Source of the DNA: Promethearchaeota archaeon
GTDB lineage: Archaea; Asgardarchaeota; Lokiarchaeia; Sigyniarchaeales; SOKP01
Direction: 5' to 3'
Length of the DNA stretch: 64,000 nucleotides
Assembly (NCBI GenBank): GCA_019058445.1
Contig: JAHPZA010000009.1
Span: 658,355 to 722,354 of the forward strand
In this document: one piece after another, positions 1-10,800 of the stretch
Position numbering within the stretch: position 1 is the stretch's first letter
How the letters are laid out: each line of letters opens with the position of its first letter
The notes under the pieces: model-generated
Told to the model about the DNA's origin: nothing
Seen by the model: only the letters and a program-made list of their open reading frames with translations
Database searches by the model: none
Translations under genes and position numbers: made by a program

Positions 1-447
1 TATTTTTGTAAAACCTAAGGGAACGATTATTAATAATAATAAAATAACAATTAGATATTTTAAACTCAATAGTGTTTTGTGCGTTTCAATGCCAACTTTT
101 TTTTTTTGGGTTGGAAAAGCAGCTAATCCATCTTGTATCGTTCCAATAGGGCAAATCCAACCACAGAAAAATCGATTTGAAAACAATACTATTAATATTA
201 AGATTCCTAAAAGTAAAAATGGAAATTCTCCTTCTGCGATAAAATAAAATAAAAATTCTGCAAAACCAGCTCCCTTTGATAGTGGATTTTCTGGGGCCGC
301 AAGAATAGGAAGTACTTTTACAAAAGGTTCAAAGCTTTTCAAATTAAGAAGGAAAATGAATTCAAGAATCACATAATTGATAAACACAAATGAAATAAAC
401 TGGACTATTCTTCGAGGTATCGTGTATCTATGTTCTTTTAAGGTCAA
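1..447 (-). CDS. Partial polytopic membrane protein (cut by window edge) with a NapH/MauN-type CxxxCP Fe-S motif
   Basis: My own minus-strand translation from TTG at 447 stays open to position 1 (149 codons): ...LFSNRFFCGWICPIGTIQDGLAAF..., flanked by hydrophobic helices. FCGW(I/L)CP(I/F)G is typical of NapH/MauN/NosR-like membrane polyferredoxins. Missing from the ORF track because it is truncated. Confidence 0.45.
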   Translation of the reverse strand, partial: MTLKEHRYTIPRRIVQFISFVFINYVILEFIFLLNLKSFEPFVKVLPILAAPENPLSKGAGFAEFLFYFIAEGEFPFLLLGILILIVLFSNRFFCGWICPIGTIQDGLAAFPTQKKKVGIETHKTLLSLKYLIVILLLLIIVPLGFTKI

Positions 448-565
448 GAGAAATTCACATAGTTAGAAATTTTAAGATAATAAATAATTACTATTTAAAA
501 AAATTAAGTTTTACCCTAAATTTCAAAATTTATCATTTGGAAAAATGAGAATATTGTAGTAAAAA

Positions 566-2476
566 TTATTTTAAGATAAGTGTTTCACGATTTTTAGGCG
601 CTTTAGTAGCTTTTCTCAGTTTTTTATGGATCATAGTGCTTAATGAAACACACTTGCTCTCCTCACCATGGTTTGTGATAACAATTTTTGGTCTAGGTTG
701 AATTCTTCTTAAGAACTGAGATATTTGACTCCTTGACGAATGTCCACTAAAACCTTCCAGTGTAAAAACATTAAGATTTAATTTTACTAATTGAGTTCTT
801 CCTTTTGCATCGATATATTGAAATTCTCGGAAACCTCGTTGTATTCGATTTCCTAATGTCCCAGATACTTGATAAGAAACGAATATTAGAGCATTACTTT
901 TATCATTTGCTAATCCTTTTAAATATTGGACAGAAGGACCTCCAATTAGCATTCCGCTTGTTGCCATAATAATACAAGGGCCTCCTTTTAATACATCTAA
1001 TCTCTCCTCATGAGATGTTATGGTAGTAAAAAAATCACTTAAAAAGGGATTTTTACCTTGATGTAATATTTTTTCCCGAAGATCACTACTAAGAAAATCT
1101 GGATTAGCGGTGTGAATAGCTGTCGCCTCGCTAATTAATCCATCAAGAAAAACAGGAACATTCTCAATCACACCCTTAGAAATAAATTCTTCTAAGATTA
1201 TAATTAGTTCTTGTGCCCTCCCTACAGCTAATACGGGAATTAATATTTTTCCTCCTTTGTTAATCGTTGAATTTAAGATCTGTTTAAGTTCTCTTTCTGA
1301 TTCATGTCTACTAGGAATTCGATCTTGGGGCCCACCATAAGTAGCTTCAAGCAGTAAGCTTTCAACCCGAGGGAATTTAACATTTGCCTTTTCTAACAGT
1401 CGTGTTTTTTGAAATTTAAAATCTCCGGTATAAACAAAATTGTACCCTCCTTTTCCAAAGTGTAAATGTACAATTGAAGAGCCTAAAATATGGCCAGAAT
1501 TATGGAGTGTTAATTTAATATCTGGAGCGATATCAGTTACTTTACCCCATGAAAGAGGAATAGTATGAAGAACTGTTGTTTTAACATCTCTCTTAGAATA
1601 AGGACTAATAATCCCTTCTTTCTCACATATTTGGACATAGTCTAATTGGAGCATCGTAGATAAGTTTCTGGTAGGTAATGTGCAATATACAGGCCCCCGG
1701 TATCCATACTTAAATAAAAAAGGTACTAGTCCACAATGATCTAAATGTGCATGAGAAACGATTATCGCATCTAAATCTCGAACAGAAAATTCGGGTATAT
1801 CAAAAAAGGGATATTTTTCATTCGGATTTCCCACATTTAATCCGCAATCAAGTAAGACATTACTGTCTCTGGTTTGCATAAGTATACAAGACCTCCCTAC
1901 TTCTCGAAATCCCCCTAAAGAAGTCATACGGACATATAGATCATTAAAAAGAATTGGACGATGTATTCTTTTCCCAATTCTTAATAAAATTTCCTTCTGA
2001 GTTTTTCTTTCTTGTTTAAGCATCCCTCTAATTAATTGGATTGTCCGTGATGCTAATGGAGGAGTTCTTATCGTTTTAGGTTGCCAAAAGGTATTTGCTC
2101 GTATTTCTTTTAAATTAACTCCTTTTTTTCCGATCACAAGCCCCGGTTTACCCGATTCAATTATGACTTCACCTCTAGTGTGATCGAATTCCATGGCCGA
2201 TATTTCAGCTTCTTCACCTACTAAATTCTTTATATAATCTTCTGTTTCGTTCGGATCTTTTCTTTTTTCTACATTCCATCGAAATACAACTCTTTTCCTC
2301 ATAATTTTTGCAAGATCCTTGAGAACAGTTGAATTCTCATCAATGCTCAAATCACTATTTTCGGAATAAACCGCAATTTCAGGACCTTCAAATTCAATTT
2401 TTTGTACTTTTACTTCTTGAGGAAGATTAGAGATGATTTCATCCTTAATTCTTTGTAATTCACTCTCAAAGCTCAT
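566..2476 (-). CDS. fttA: aCPSF1/FttA: KH-domain beta-CASP metallo-beta-lactamase RNase (archaeal transcription termination / RNA processing factor)
   Basis: 636 aa. N-terminal KH-like segments (GLVIGKKGVNLKEIR), MBL motif HAHLDHCG, and a beta-CASP C-terminal part ending in GHSS. Length and architecture match archaeal CPSF1. Confidence 0.9.
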   Translation of the reverse strand: MSFESELQRIKDEIISNLPQEVKVQKIEFEGPEIAVYSENSDLSIDENSTVLKDLAKIMRKRVVFRWNVEKRKDPNETEDYIKNLVGEEAEISAMEFDHTRGEVIIESGKPGLVIGKKGVNLKEIRANTFWQPKTIRTPPLASRTIQLIRGMLKQERKTQKEILLRIGKRIHRPILFNDLYVRMTSLGGFREVGRSCILMQTRDSNVLLDCGLNVGNPNEKYPFFDIPEFSVRDLDAIIVSHAHLDHCGLVPFLFKYGYRGPVYCTLPTRNLSTMLQLDYVQICEKEGIISPYSKRDVKTTVLHTIPLSWGKVTDIAPDIKLTLHNSGHILGSSIVHLHFGKGGYNFVYTGDFKFQKTRLLEKANVKFPRVESLLLEATYGGPQDRIPSRHESERELKQILNSTINKGGKILIPVLAVGRAQELIIILEEFISKGVIENVPVFLDGLISEATAIHTANPDFLSSDLREKILHQGKNPFLSDFFTTITSHEERLDVLKGGPCIIMATSGMLIGGPSVQYLKGLANDKSNALIFVSYQVSGTLGNRIQRGFREFQYIDAKGRTQLVKLNLNVFTLEGFSGHSSRSQISQFLRRIQPRPKIVITNHGEESKCVSLSTMIHKKLRKATKAPKNRETLILK

Positions 2477-2860
2477 TATTATAACTCTCCTTTAAATAAG
2501 TAATTAAAATATCAAATACCGATGATTTTTATCATAAAATAATCATTTAAAGTACGTTCTAAAATTTTTATTCATATTTATACTATGAAATTTATTTGGA
2601 TATGAAGATATTTAGATTATTTTTTACTTCTGGTTTTAAATAAACGAGATATTATAATTCTCTTACTAACTTTTATTTATAAGAGAATTTAGTTAAAAAA
2701 TAATTTCTATATTTCTAAGTTTATTATACTAATTTTCAAATAAAAACCTTTTGATTATTTAATATTAGGGGAAAGAATCACATACCTAGTAAATTGGTGG
2801 AATAGCAAAACTTCTGAACGATGAGAGAAAGTTTTTTTTAAAGTATTAATTAGGGAATGT

Positions 2861-3493
2861 ATGATAAAAGTAAAAATTGGAGCAATTGCATCGGGTTCGG
2901 GATCGAACTTTGAAGCAATAGTTAAATCAACTGAAAATGGGATTTTAAAAGATAAAGCGATTGTTGAAGTATTAATCTGTAATAAAGCTGGAGCATACTG
3001 TATGGAAAGAGCTAAAAATCATAATATCCCAAGCGTGTTGATTGAATCTAATAAACATAAGGGTAACAGAGAAGAATTCGATGCAAAATTTATTGAAGTC
3101 CTTGATAAATATGAATGTGAATTAATTATTCTTGCAGGATATATGCGGTTCGTTTCCGCAATGTTCATTAACCATTTTAAGGGAAACGTTATGAATATCC
3201 ATCCATCATTATTGCCTTCTTTTAAAGGAATGCATGCCCATAGAGATGTATTAGATTATGGAGTGAAAGTAACTGGATGCACCGTACATTTTGTAGATCC
3301 ACATGAAGATCATGGTCCTATAATAATGCAAAAATGTGTAAAGGTTTATGATAATGATACAGAAGACACCCTTGGACCACGGGTATTAGAATGGGAGCAC
3401 AAGGTCTTTCCTAAATGTATTGAACTTTATTGTGATAAAAGACTACATATTGAAGGGCGAATAGTAAAGATCGATGGAGAGGTAAAATTATAA
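2861..3493 (+). CDS. purN: Phosphoribosylglycinamide formyltransferase
   Basis: N-terminal GAIASGSGSNFEAI, LAGYMR, and the formyltransferase motif NIHPSLLPSFKG followed by TGCTVHFVD. Size is 210 aa. Confidence 0.9.
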   Translation: MIKVKIGAIASGSGSNFEAIVKSTENGILKDKAIVEVLICNKAGAYCMERAKNHNIPSVLIESNKHKGNREEFDAKFIEVLDKYECELIILAGYMRFVSAMFINHFKGNVMNIHPSLLPSFKGMHAHRDVLDYGVKVTGCTVHFVDPHEDHGPIIMQKCVKVYDNDTEDTLGPRVLEWEHKVFPKCIELYCDKRLHIEGRIVKIDGEVKL

Positions 3494-3517
3494 ATTCCTT
3501 TCTAAATATTTTCTAAT

Positions 3518-3607
3518 GGGGAATGATTTTCGTGTGCTTTCTGACCCAACTGAGATAAGGCTTTATCGATGAAGAAGATCTTGAGTAGCTAAAAATCATT
3601 TCCCGCC
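3518..3607. other. GC-enriched intergenic element closed by a 13-bp stem; possible structured RNA of unknown class
   Basis: GGGGAATGATTTT (3518-3530) pairs with AAAATCATTTCCC (3592-3604): 12 Watson-Crick pairs plus 1 G-U, enclosing about 61 nt. Local GC is visibly higher than in the flanking AT-rich spacer. Confidence 0.3.
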
Positions 3608-3694
3608 TTATAATAGCTTTTATTTTTGGAATAAATTATTAAATTTTGTAATTATTGAAGTAGTTAAGTAGAATCGAAAAAATAGAATCTTTAT

Positions 3695-5200
3695 ATGGCT
3701 GTTTATTATTTTTTGTCTGTGGAATGTGGCCCTTCAGAGGATTTATCATTGAACGTATGTAATTACTTTACAGACAAGATATTAAAATTAACTGATGGAA
3801 CCAAAGTATCCCTTCAATGCAGCTACGGGAAAGATAAAATTGGAAATTATTGGGTTGAAGTCATCCCCGAAGGGGTTAACTATGGAAGTCCATCGGGGAG
3901 TGATTATCGATTAGTGGATTATTTTACAGGAGAAATAACACAGCAATTATATGATTTACTTAAGATTGCTCCTCATTTTAGATATGCGCTAGCAGGATAT
4001 GAAGTAGAATTCTTTATTTTATTCAAGGAATTAGCAAAATGCTTGGAAGATGGTTGCTATGAGGGAATGATTTTATCTGAAGAACTTTGGAAGAAATTTG
4101 GTAAATCTGATATGTATGTACCATTCTGCAAAGGGTTTATGTGGTATCCATTTTCAGAATTATCTGTAGTGGGCCAAGAGAGTTGGTTTAAAAAATATTC
4201 TTTACAAAAAGAATTTCATGTGAATGATTATATTACTTTAAGACTTGAGAATGGTGATTCTAATGTATTTGTCCAAGATAAAATAATAATACAATGTAAG
4301 CATTTGTTGTTGAACCAGATGCAATCAGAAAATGCAAATCATTTTGAATTTAAGTCCACTGATGAGATTGAGGAATTATTTGTAAGTTCATCTGAGAGCG
4401 ATGAGCTTATCTCAATTGATACAGAGTTCTGGGGACATTGTTCCAATCTTCAAGCTTGGGCTGAAAATGAATACAATACAAATTTGTTAGATAAATCAAT
4501 TGCTTTTCCTACATTAAAAAGATTAACTAAAGTAGGTGACAAAGTAGCTAAAAGAGTTTTCAAGGAAGAAGTCAGAAAAAGACTAAAAAGTAACTTCTTA
4601 CCTGTTATAATTTTCTTAATCCATGATGCTTATCATCGAATTTTTTCAGATGAGGAGTTAAGACTAATTGTTGACAGACTACATGAATATATTAAAACCT
4701 TGAGTTTAGAAGAGAAAAATAGATGGAATAAACAAATTTCCGAAGCATTTAGAAATTCAATATATATAAGATCCCGTATTGAGGGAAGGAACGATGATTT
4801 TACAATAACACAGTGTAGAATTGCACTTGAATTTGATGAAAAAAATACACATGCTTGGTATGAATTGGCACTTTCATACCAATTTAAAAAAAATTTTGAT
4901 AAAGCCGAAGAGTATTATAAACGTGCTATAAGTATTAGTCCCGAAGATACAATATCACTAGGAAATCTCTGTGAAATATATATTCAACGAGAAAGATATC
5001 AAGATGTGATAGATCTTTTAGAAAATAATTTAAGTGAAGATACTCTCCATTCTCGCTTATGGTTTTTACTTGCAACGGTGTATTACAAGCTAGGGGATTT
5101 AAATAAAGCTTTTAAATACATAAATATAAGCTATGATAATTATCCTTATGATCAAAAAGTAGAGAAATTAAAACACGAAATTTCGAGGAAACTTACCTAA
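3695..5200 (+). CDS. Hypothetical protein with C-terminal TPR repeats
   Basis: 501 aa. The C-terminal third has TPR-like repeats (AWYELALSYQFKKNFDKAEEYYKRAISISPED ... LWFLLATVYYKLGDLNKAFKYI). I do not recognise the N-terminal two thirds. Confidence 0.5.
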   Translation: MAVYYFLSVECGPSEDLSLNVCNYFTDKILKLTDGTKVSLQCSYGKDKIGNYWVEVIPEGVNYGSPSGSDYRLVDYFTGEITQQLYDLLKIAPHFRYALAGYEVEFFILFKELAKCLEDGCYEGMILSEELWKKFGKSDMYVPFCKGFMWYPFSELSVVGQESWFKKYSLQKEFHVNDYITLRLENGDSNVFVQDKIIIQCKHLLLNQMQSENANHFEFKSTDEIEELFVSSSESDELISIDTEFWGHCSNLQAWAENEYNTNLLDKSIAFPTLKRLTKVGDKVAKRVFKEEVRKRLKSNFLPVIIFLIHDAYHRIFSDEELRLIVDRLHEYIKTLSLEEKNRWNKQISEAFRNSIYIRSRIEGRNDDFTITQCRIALEFDEKNTHAWYELALSYQFKKNFDKAEEYYKRAISISPEDTISLGNLCEIYIQRERYQDVIDLLENNLSEDTLHSRLWFLLATVYYKLGDLNKAFKYINISYDNYPYDQKVEKLKHEISRKLT

Positions 5201-5252
5201 AATTTTAATCCAAATATACTTTTGAATACTTAATAAGAGAGCTTCTTAAAAA

Positions 5253-7442
5253 ATGCCACCTAGGAAAGAGATTGCAGAAATTCTCAAGTTAATGGAGAAA
5301 ACTGCTAATATCAGAAACATAGGATTTGTAGGTCATATTGACCACGGTAAAACCACACTATCTGATTCTCTCTTGAGCGAAGCAGGTTTATTAAGCCCAG
5401 ACTTAGCAGGTGAGGCTCGTGCTTTAGATTTTCTCGAGGAAGAGCAAAAGCGAGGCATCACAATGAAATCTGCTAACATTTCATTGTATTATGAGAAATC
5501 TCTTGAGGGCCATGAACCTTTTCTTATTAATCTTGTAGATACTCCTGGTCATTTAGATTTTAGTGGAAAAGTTACAAGGGCTTTAAGACTCGTAGACGGC
5601 GTGGTTGTGGTTGTAGATGCGGTCGAGGAGATAATTACGCAATCTGAGACTGTAATTAAACAAGCTTTACAAGAAGGAGTTAAACCAGCACTTTTCATTA
5701 ATAAAGTTGATAGATTAATTAGAGAGTTAAAGCTTACAGATAAAGATATTAGAAAAAAGTATATTAGAATCATTAATGACTTCAATACATTAATAGAAAG
5801 GTATGCGACCCCACCATTTAATAAAGAATGGAAGGTTTCTCCTGCCGAGGGAAATGTAGCGTTTGGTTCTGCCCTTCATAAATGGGGATTTACCGCTAAA
5901 ATCATGGAAGAAAGTGATCTTAAGTTTAGCGATATTAAATCGCGCTATCAGAAAGAAACTTATTCTAAAGACTCGTATAGTGATTTGCAAATTTATCTTC
6001 CAATACATAGGGCTATATTAGAAATGGTCGTTGATCATCTCCCAAATCCTAATGAGGCTCAAAACTACAGGATTAAGAAGATTTATGAAGGTGATTTGGA
6101 TTCTGAAGTTGGAAAAGCCATGATTAAATGTGATCCTAATGGTCCATTAGTTATTTGTTTAAGTAAAGTTCAAGCAGATAAACATGGTCTTGTCGCAACT
6201 GGGCGAATTTTTTCTGGGAAATGTCCAAAAAAAAAGGAAATATTTCTTTTAAGAGAAAATAATTATGAAACTATTCAGAGAATCGCAATATTCATGGGTC
6301 AAAGAAGAGAACAAGTCGACGAGATTCCTGTGGGAAACATTGTTGCTATAGAAGGCCTTAAAAAGGTTAAGAGTGGGGAAACTATTGTCGAATCTAATTA
6401 TCTAGAACAAATAGTTCCTTTTGAAAATGTGAAATATGTTACAACTCCCGTCGTAACTGCTTCAATTGAGCCTGATTACTTACGTGATTTAGACAAAATG
6501 AAAGAACTCATCGAAAACTTGTTAATTGAGGATCCTAATTTAAAATTCGAAGTTAATGAAGAAAATGGAGAATTCTTATTATCTGGGATGGGCCCACTGC
6601 ATCTTGAAATCAGCACTAATGAGTTAGGAAAAAGGGGAGTGCCCGTCTCGATCTCTGAACCAAGAGCAGTATTTAAAGAGTCATGCAAATACCATTCAAC
6701 ATCAATTAAAGCAGTATCTCCCAATGGTAAAAATTCACTTGAACTTAAAATAGAAAGACTGGATGAAAAATCTGTGAGATTTTTTCAAACTGCAGACTAC
6801 CACTCTATTAAACCTATTAGCAGATTAAAAGAAGTAATGAGAGAAAAAACTGGCCTAAATGACACTGAGATCCAAAAATATTGGAAAACTGACGAAGATC
6901 AAAATGTTTTAATTTATTTAGGAAATTCGGAGTTAAATGATTTATATAAAGATCTGATTCTAAAAATAATAGAAAAAATACATTTAAATGGCCCCCTCTG
7001 CGGAGAAAAATTAACCAAAATTAAAATTTTAATTAATGAATTAAATGGCAGTGAATTAGATGAGGAAGGTGCTTTCACGGAATTATCTGCCATGTTCTAT
7101 GATGCTATAAAACAAGGATTATCTGAAAGCGATTTAATTCTATTAGAGCCTATATATCATACTATTATCCAACTTCCTCCAGATTATATCAAAAATGTAC
7201 TCACTATTCTTTCAAAATACTCCGCTAAAATTAAGACTATAGACCAAGAAAAAGAATATCAAGCTATAATTGAAATTTTGTTACCAGTAAGGAATTCTAT
7301 TAAATTTGCGGAGGATATTAGGTCAGCAACTTCGGGAAGGGCCTTCTGGCAAAATGAATTTTATGCATTTATGGAAGTTCCTAAACACGAGTTAAAAACA
7401 ATAATTAGTAATTTACGTTTTATAAAAGGGCTTTCTTGGTAA
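5253..7442 (+). CDS. Elongation factor 2-like translational GTPase; paralogue lacking the diphthamide histidine
   Basis: G motifs GHIDHGKTTLSD, DTPGHLDF and NKVDR. C-terminal EDIRSATSGRAFWQNEFYAF matches aEF-2 domain V. At the domain IV tip the canonical H-x-D-A-I-H-R-G is replaced by GSELDEEGAF. Confidence 0.85.
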   Translation: MPPRKEIAEILKLMEKTANIRNIGFVGHIDHGKTTLSDSLLSEAGLLSPDLAGEARALDFLEEEQKRGITMKSANISLYYEKSLEGHEPFLINLVDTPGHLDFSGKVTRALRLVDGVVVVVDAVEEIITQSETVIKQALQEGVKPALFINKVDRLIRELKLTDKDIRKKYIRIINDFNTLIERYATPPFNKEWKVSPAEGNVAFGSALHKWGFTAKIMEESDLKFSDIKSRYQKETYSKDSYSDLQIYLPIHRAILEMVVDHLPNPNEAQNYRIKKIYEGDLDSEVGKAMIKCDPNGPLVICLSKVQADKHGLVATGRIFSGKCPKKKEIFLLRENNYETIQRIAIFMGQRREQVDEIPVGNIVAIEGLKKVKSGETIVESNYLEQIVPFENVKYVTTPVVTASIEPDYLRDLDKMKELIENLLIEDPNLKFEVNEENGEFLLSGMGPLHLEISTNELGKRGVPVSISEPRAVFKESCKYHSTSIKAVSPNGKNSLELKIERLDEKSVRFFQTADYHSIKPISRLKEVMREKTGLNDTEIQKYWKTDEDQNVLIYLGNSELNDLYKDLILKIIEKIHLNGPLCGEKLTKIKILINELNGSELDEEGAFTELSAMFYDAIKQGLSESDLILLEPIYHTIIQLPPDYIKNVLTILSKYSAKIKTIDQEKEYQAIIEILLPVRNSIKFAEDIRSATSGRAFWQNEFYAFMEVPKHELKTIISNLRFIKGLSW

Positions 7443-7454
7443 AAAATTAAAAGA

Positions 7455-7525
7455 TGCGCCCACCGGGAATTGAACCCGGGTCCTCAGGTTGGGAACCTGA
7501 GATTCTACCACTATACTACGAGCGC
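7455..7525 (-). tRNA. tRNA-Gly (anticodon CCC)
   Basis: The reverse complement GCGCTCGTAGTATAGTGGTAGAATCTCAGGTTCCCAACCTGAGGACCCGGGTTCAATTCCCGGTGGGCGCA folds by hand. Acceptor is 7 bp (two G-U). Anticodon stem is TCAGG/CCTGA with loop TTCCCAA. T arm is CCGGG-TTCAATT-CCCGG. The D stem is weak. CCA is not encoded. Confidence 0.85.
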
Positions 7526-7813
7526 TTTTTTATTAATAAATAGTATATTAAATTAGTATGATATTCTAATTAAGTTTTTTCTGATTTCCGTAACCTCTTT
7601 TGCCTATTTACATGAGTAAAAATTATGTTAGGGTGTAAACTATTGATTATAACTATAATTAAAATATAAATTATCGACTATAACTCTGCTTGGTCCTTAT
7701 ATATTAAGCAAAAACTTTATTAACAACTTTTTTATTTAGTTTTATGGATAAAAAATCTGTGAAAAAGTATTATTTAATTTATTTTTTCGAAAAATTCCAG
7801 GGTGGATTGAAAA

Positions 7814-10800
7814 TTGATCGAATTGGCATACGTTATGGAGGAAATCAAATCCAAATTAAATAAACTAAAACTTAAAAGCGAATTTCTAAAAAACAAGATA
7901 AATTCAGAATTTAATAAAGATTGTGATGAATTTAAAGCACTTATCGAAGATATAGAAGATGTACTTGATAGAGTTAATACTGATATGATTAGAGATGATT
8001 TTGAACATAAATTGGAATTTGAAGGAACCATTTCTAATATTTTGTCGCGATTTGTAGGGATTTATGATTATGATAGCGCTATAAATACATCTCTCGCTGA
8101 TATAGGTGTGCTAAGTGGGGCAAGTCGTAGCTATCTTTTTTTATTCTCTGAAGATAATAAAAAAATGAGCAATACCCATGAGTGGTGCTCTGAAGGTGTC
8201 TCACCTCAAATTGATTTTCTCCAAAATTTATCAATGGAATATTATCATTGGGCCATTGAAAAACTTGAATCTGAAGGAATCATCTATATTAAAGATGTTT
8301 CAAAAATACCCATTGAAGCAGAGGCAGAAAGGCAAGAATTCGAGAGGGAGAATATTAAATCATTAATAAATATTCCTTTAAAGATTAAAGGAAAACTCTC
8401 TGGATTCATTGGTTTTGATAATGTAAGGAAAACAGGAAAATGGGATAAAAGAAATTTTGATTTATTACGAGTTTCTTCTCAAATTATTGCCAATGTTATT
8501 GAACGCAAACGAGCTGAACAAGAATTAAAAAATCTTAATGAAAAATTAGAGGAAACTGTGGAAGAGAGAACAAAAGAATTAAGGGAATCTGAGGAGAAAT
8601 ATCGGTTAATTTCTGAAGACTCAGATGATTTAATAGCAATTTATGATGAAAACTTTAACATTGAATACCAGAATAAATCTACTCATTCAAGAATCTTAGG
8701 GTATGATTCTCATAAACTTAGGAAGAAGAACTTTAGATATTCTATAATACATAAAGATGATTTTGAAAATTATGTGAATGTTGTAAGAGAAGGGTATAAT
8801 AAAGGTAATTTTAAACACCAAATTAGATTAAAACAAAAAGATGGGGTTTTTCTATGGTTTGAAGTTAGAGGTAAGACTTATTTTGATAAATATCATAGAA
8901 AAAAAATTCTAGTCGTCTCAAGAGATATCACAGAAATAAAAAGTGTAGAACAAAAATTAAGAGAGTCAGAAAAAAATTTTCGCAATCTTATCAATAATGT
9001 TTCAGATGTCATAATGAAAGTTGATTTAGATGGGAAAATCAATTATACAAGTCCACAAATTTATGATTTATTCGGTTATGAAGAAAAAGAATTAATTGGA
9101 TATCATCCATTCGATTTTATTCATCCTGAAGATTTACCCAAATTTGAAAAGTTAAGGAAAGACGCTCCTAATTATAGAGAATCATATACATTTGAATTTA
9201 GGGCAAAACATAAAAAAGGACATTATATATCTATATTCGCAAAAGGAAATATCATAAGAGAAAAGGGAAAAGTTAGAATTATTGGAGTATTAAGAGATGT
9301 TTCAGAGCAAAAAAAGGCGGAAATCGAGTTACGAGAGAAAACTGCAACTATAGAAAGTATTTTTCGGGCGGCACCTACTGGTATAGGGATGGTGGTTGAT
9401 CGAGAAATTAAACAGGTTAATAATCGTTTCTGTGAGCTTGTAGGATACAGTTCTAATGAGCTTATTGGAAAAAATGCTAAAATAGTATACGCTTCCGAAA
9501 AAGATTATGATTATGTGGGAAAAGAAAAATATGATCAGATAAAAGAACATGGAATAGGGACTGTCGAAACACAATTTAAACGAAAAGATGGAAAAATTAT
9601 TGATGTGTTACTTAGTTCTGTTCCAATTAATCCTAAAGATCTCTCAGCAGGGGTTACTTTTACAGCATTAGATATTACTAAACGTAAAAAAATAGAAGAT
9701 AAATTAAGAGATCGTTCAAAAAAATTAGAAATATTAAATAGAATAATCACAGAAAGTAATAAAGCAAAAGATTTAAGTTTACTTCTGGAGGAAATATTAA
9801 GTTCTACCCTTGAATTGATGAATTTTGATGGAGGAGGTATTTACTTAGTTGATAAGTCCTCTGGAACTGCAGAAATCGTTTGTCATGAAGGATTGTCTTA
9901 TGATTTTATTAATACTGTTAAAAAAGTGAATATTGATGATCCTCCATATAAAATTGTGTTTATCCAAGGTCAACCAGTTATAGCTGAAGATTTCCTTGAT
10001 TTTAGTCCTTTCATCGCAAAGAAGGGGAATATAGTATCTTTAGCAAGTATTCCTTTAATTGGCAAAGATGGGATTATTGGAGCGTTAAACCTTGCTTCAA
10101 AAACTCACCACTATTTTTCAAGGGAAGAAGAAGACATCCTTCAATCAATCGGACGGGAAACAGGCACAATAATTCAGAAGATTTTAGCCGAACATAAATT
10201 AGTCAAAGAAAGAGAAAAAGCAAGTTTATATTTGAATTTAGTTGATGTTATTGTGGTTACATTGGATATAAAGGGGAATATTAGTTTATTAAACAAAAAA
10301 GGATATGATATCCTTGAATATGAAGAAGGTGAGTTAATTGGAAAGAATTGGTTTGAAAATTGCATTCCACCAGACAAGCGAGATGGAATACTTGAATATT
10401 TTAAGGGGCTTATGAGTGGTGAAATCAATGTGATCCCATTCTATGAAAATCCAGTCTATACAAAAAATGGAAATGAAAAGTTAATATCATGGTCAACAAT
10501 AATTCTTAAGGATAAAAGCGAAAATATAATTGGGTCATTGAGTTCGGGACAAGATATCACTGAACGCAGAAAGGCTGAAGAAAATTTAAGAGAATCTGAA
10601 GAAAAATATCGACATTTATTTGAAAGTTCTCCTCATGCCATAATTTTAACCAATAAAGAAGGAATAGTAAAAGATTTTAATATGGCAACAATTAAGATGT
10701 TTGGATATAGGAAAGATGAGGTTATTGGTAAAAATTACACCGACTTGAGAACTTTTACTCCTGATCAGATGTCATATTTCATAAAAACATATAAAAAGCT

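Noticed and set aside
97-107. Homopolymer runs inside CDSs (T11 at 97-107 in the partial Fe-S membrane gene; A9 at 6227-6235 in the EF-2 paralogue) as frameshift or phase-variation sites
   Set aside because: Both reading frames stay open and sensible across the runs (PTQKKKVG; CPKKKEIF). Runs of this kind are expected in a roughly 30% GC genome.
3518-3607. Reading the structured element as a box C/D sRNA
   Set aside because: The C-like box (AUGAUUU) is buried in the terminal stem. The spacing between the C', D' and D boxes does not give two 10-12-nt guides, and no terminal CUGA follows the CGAUGA box at the right distance.
5549-6724. Three minus-strand ORFs (5549-5785, 5790-6008, 6476-6724) inside the EF-2 paralogue
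   Set aside because: They lie entirely antisense to a well-supported conserved CDS, and their translations are low-complexity S/L/I/F/K-rich. This is typical of spurious antisense frames in AT-rich DNA.
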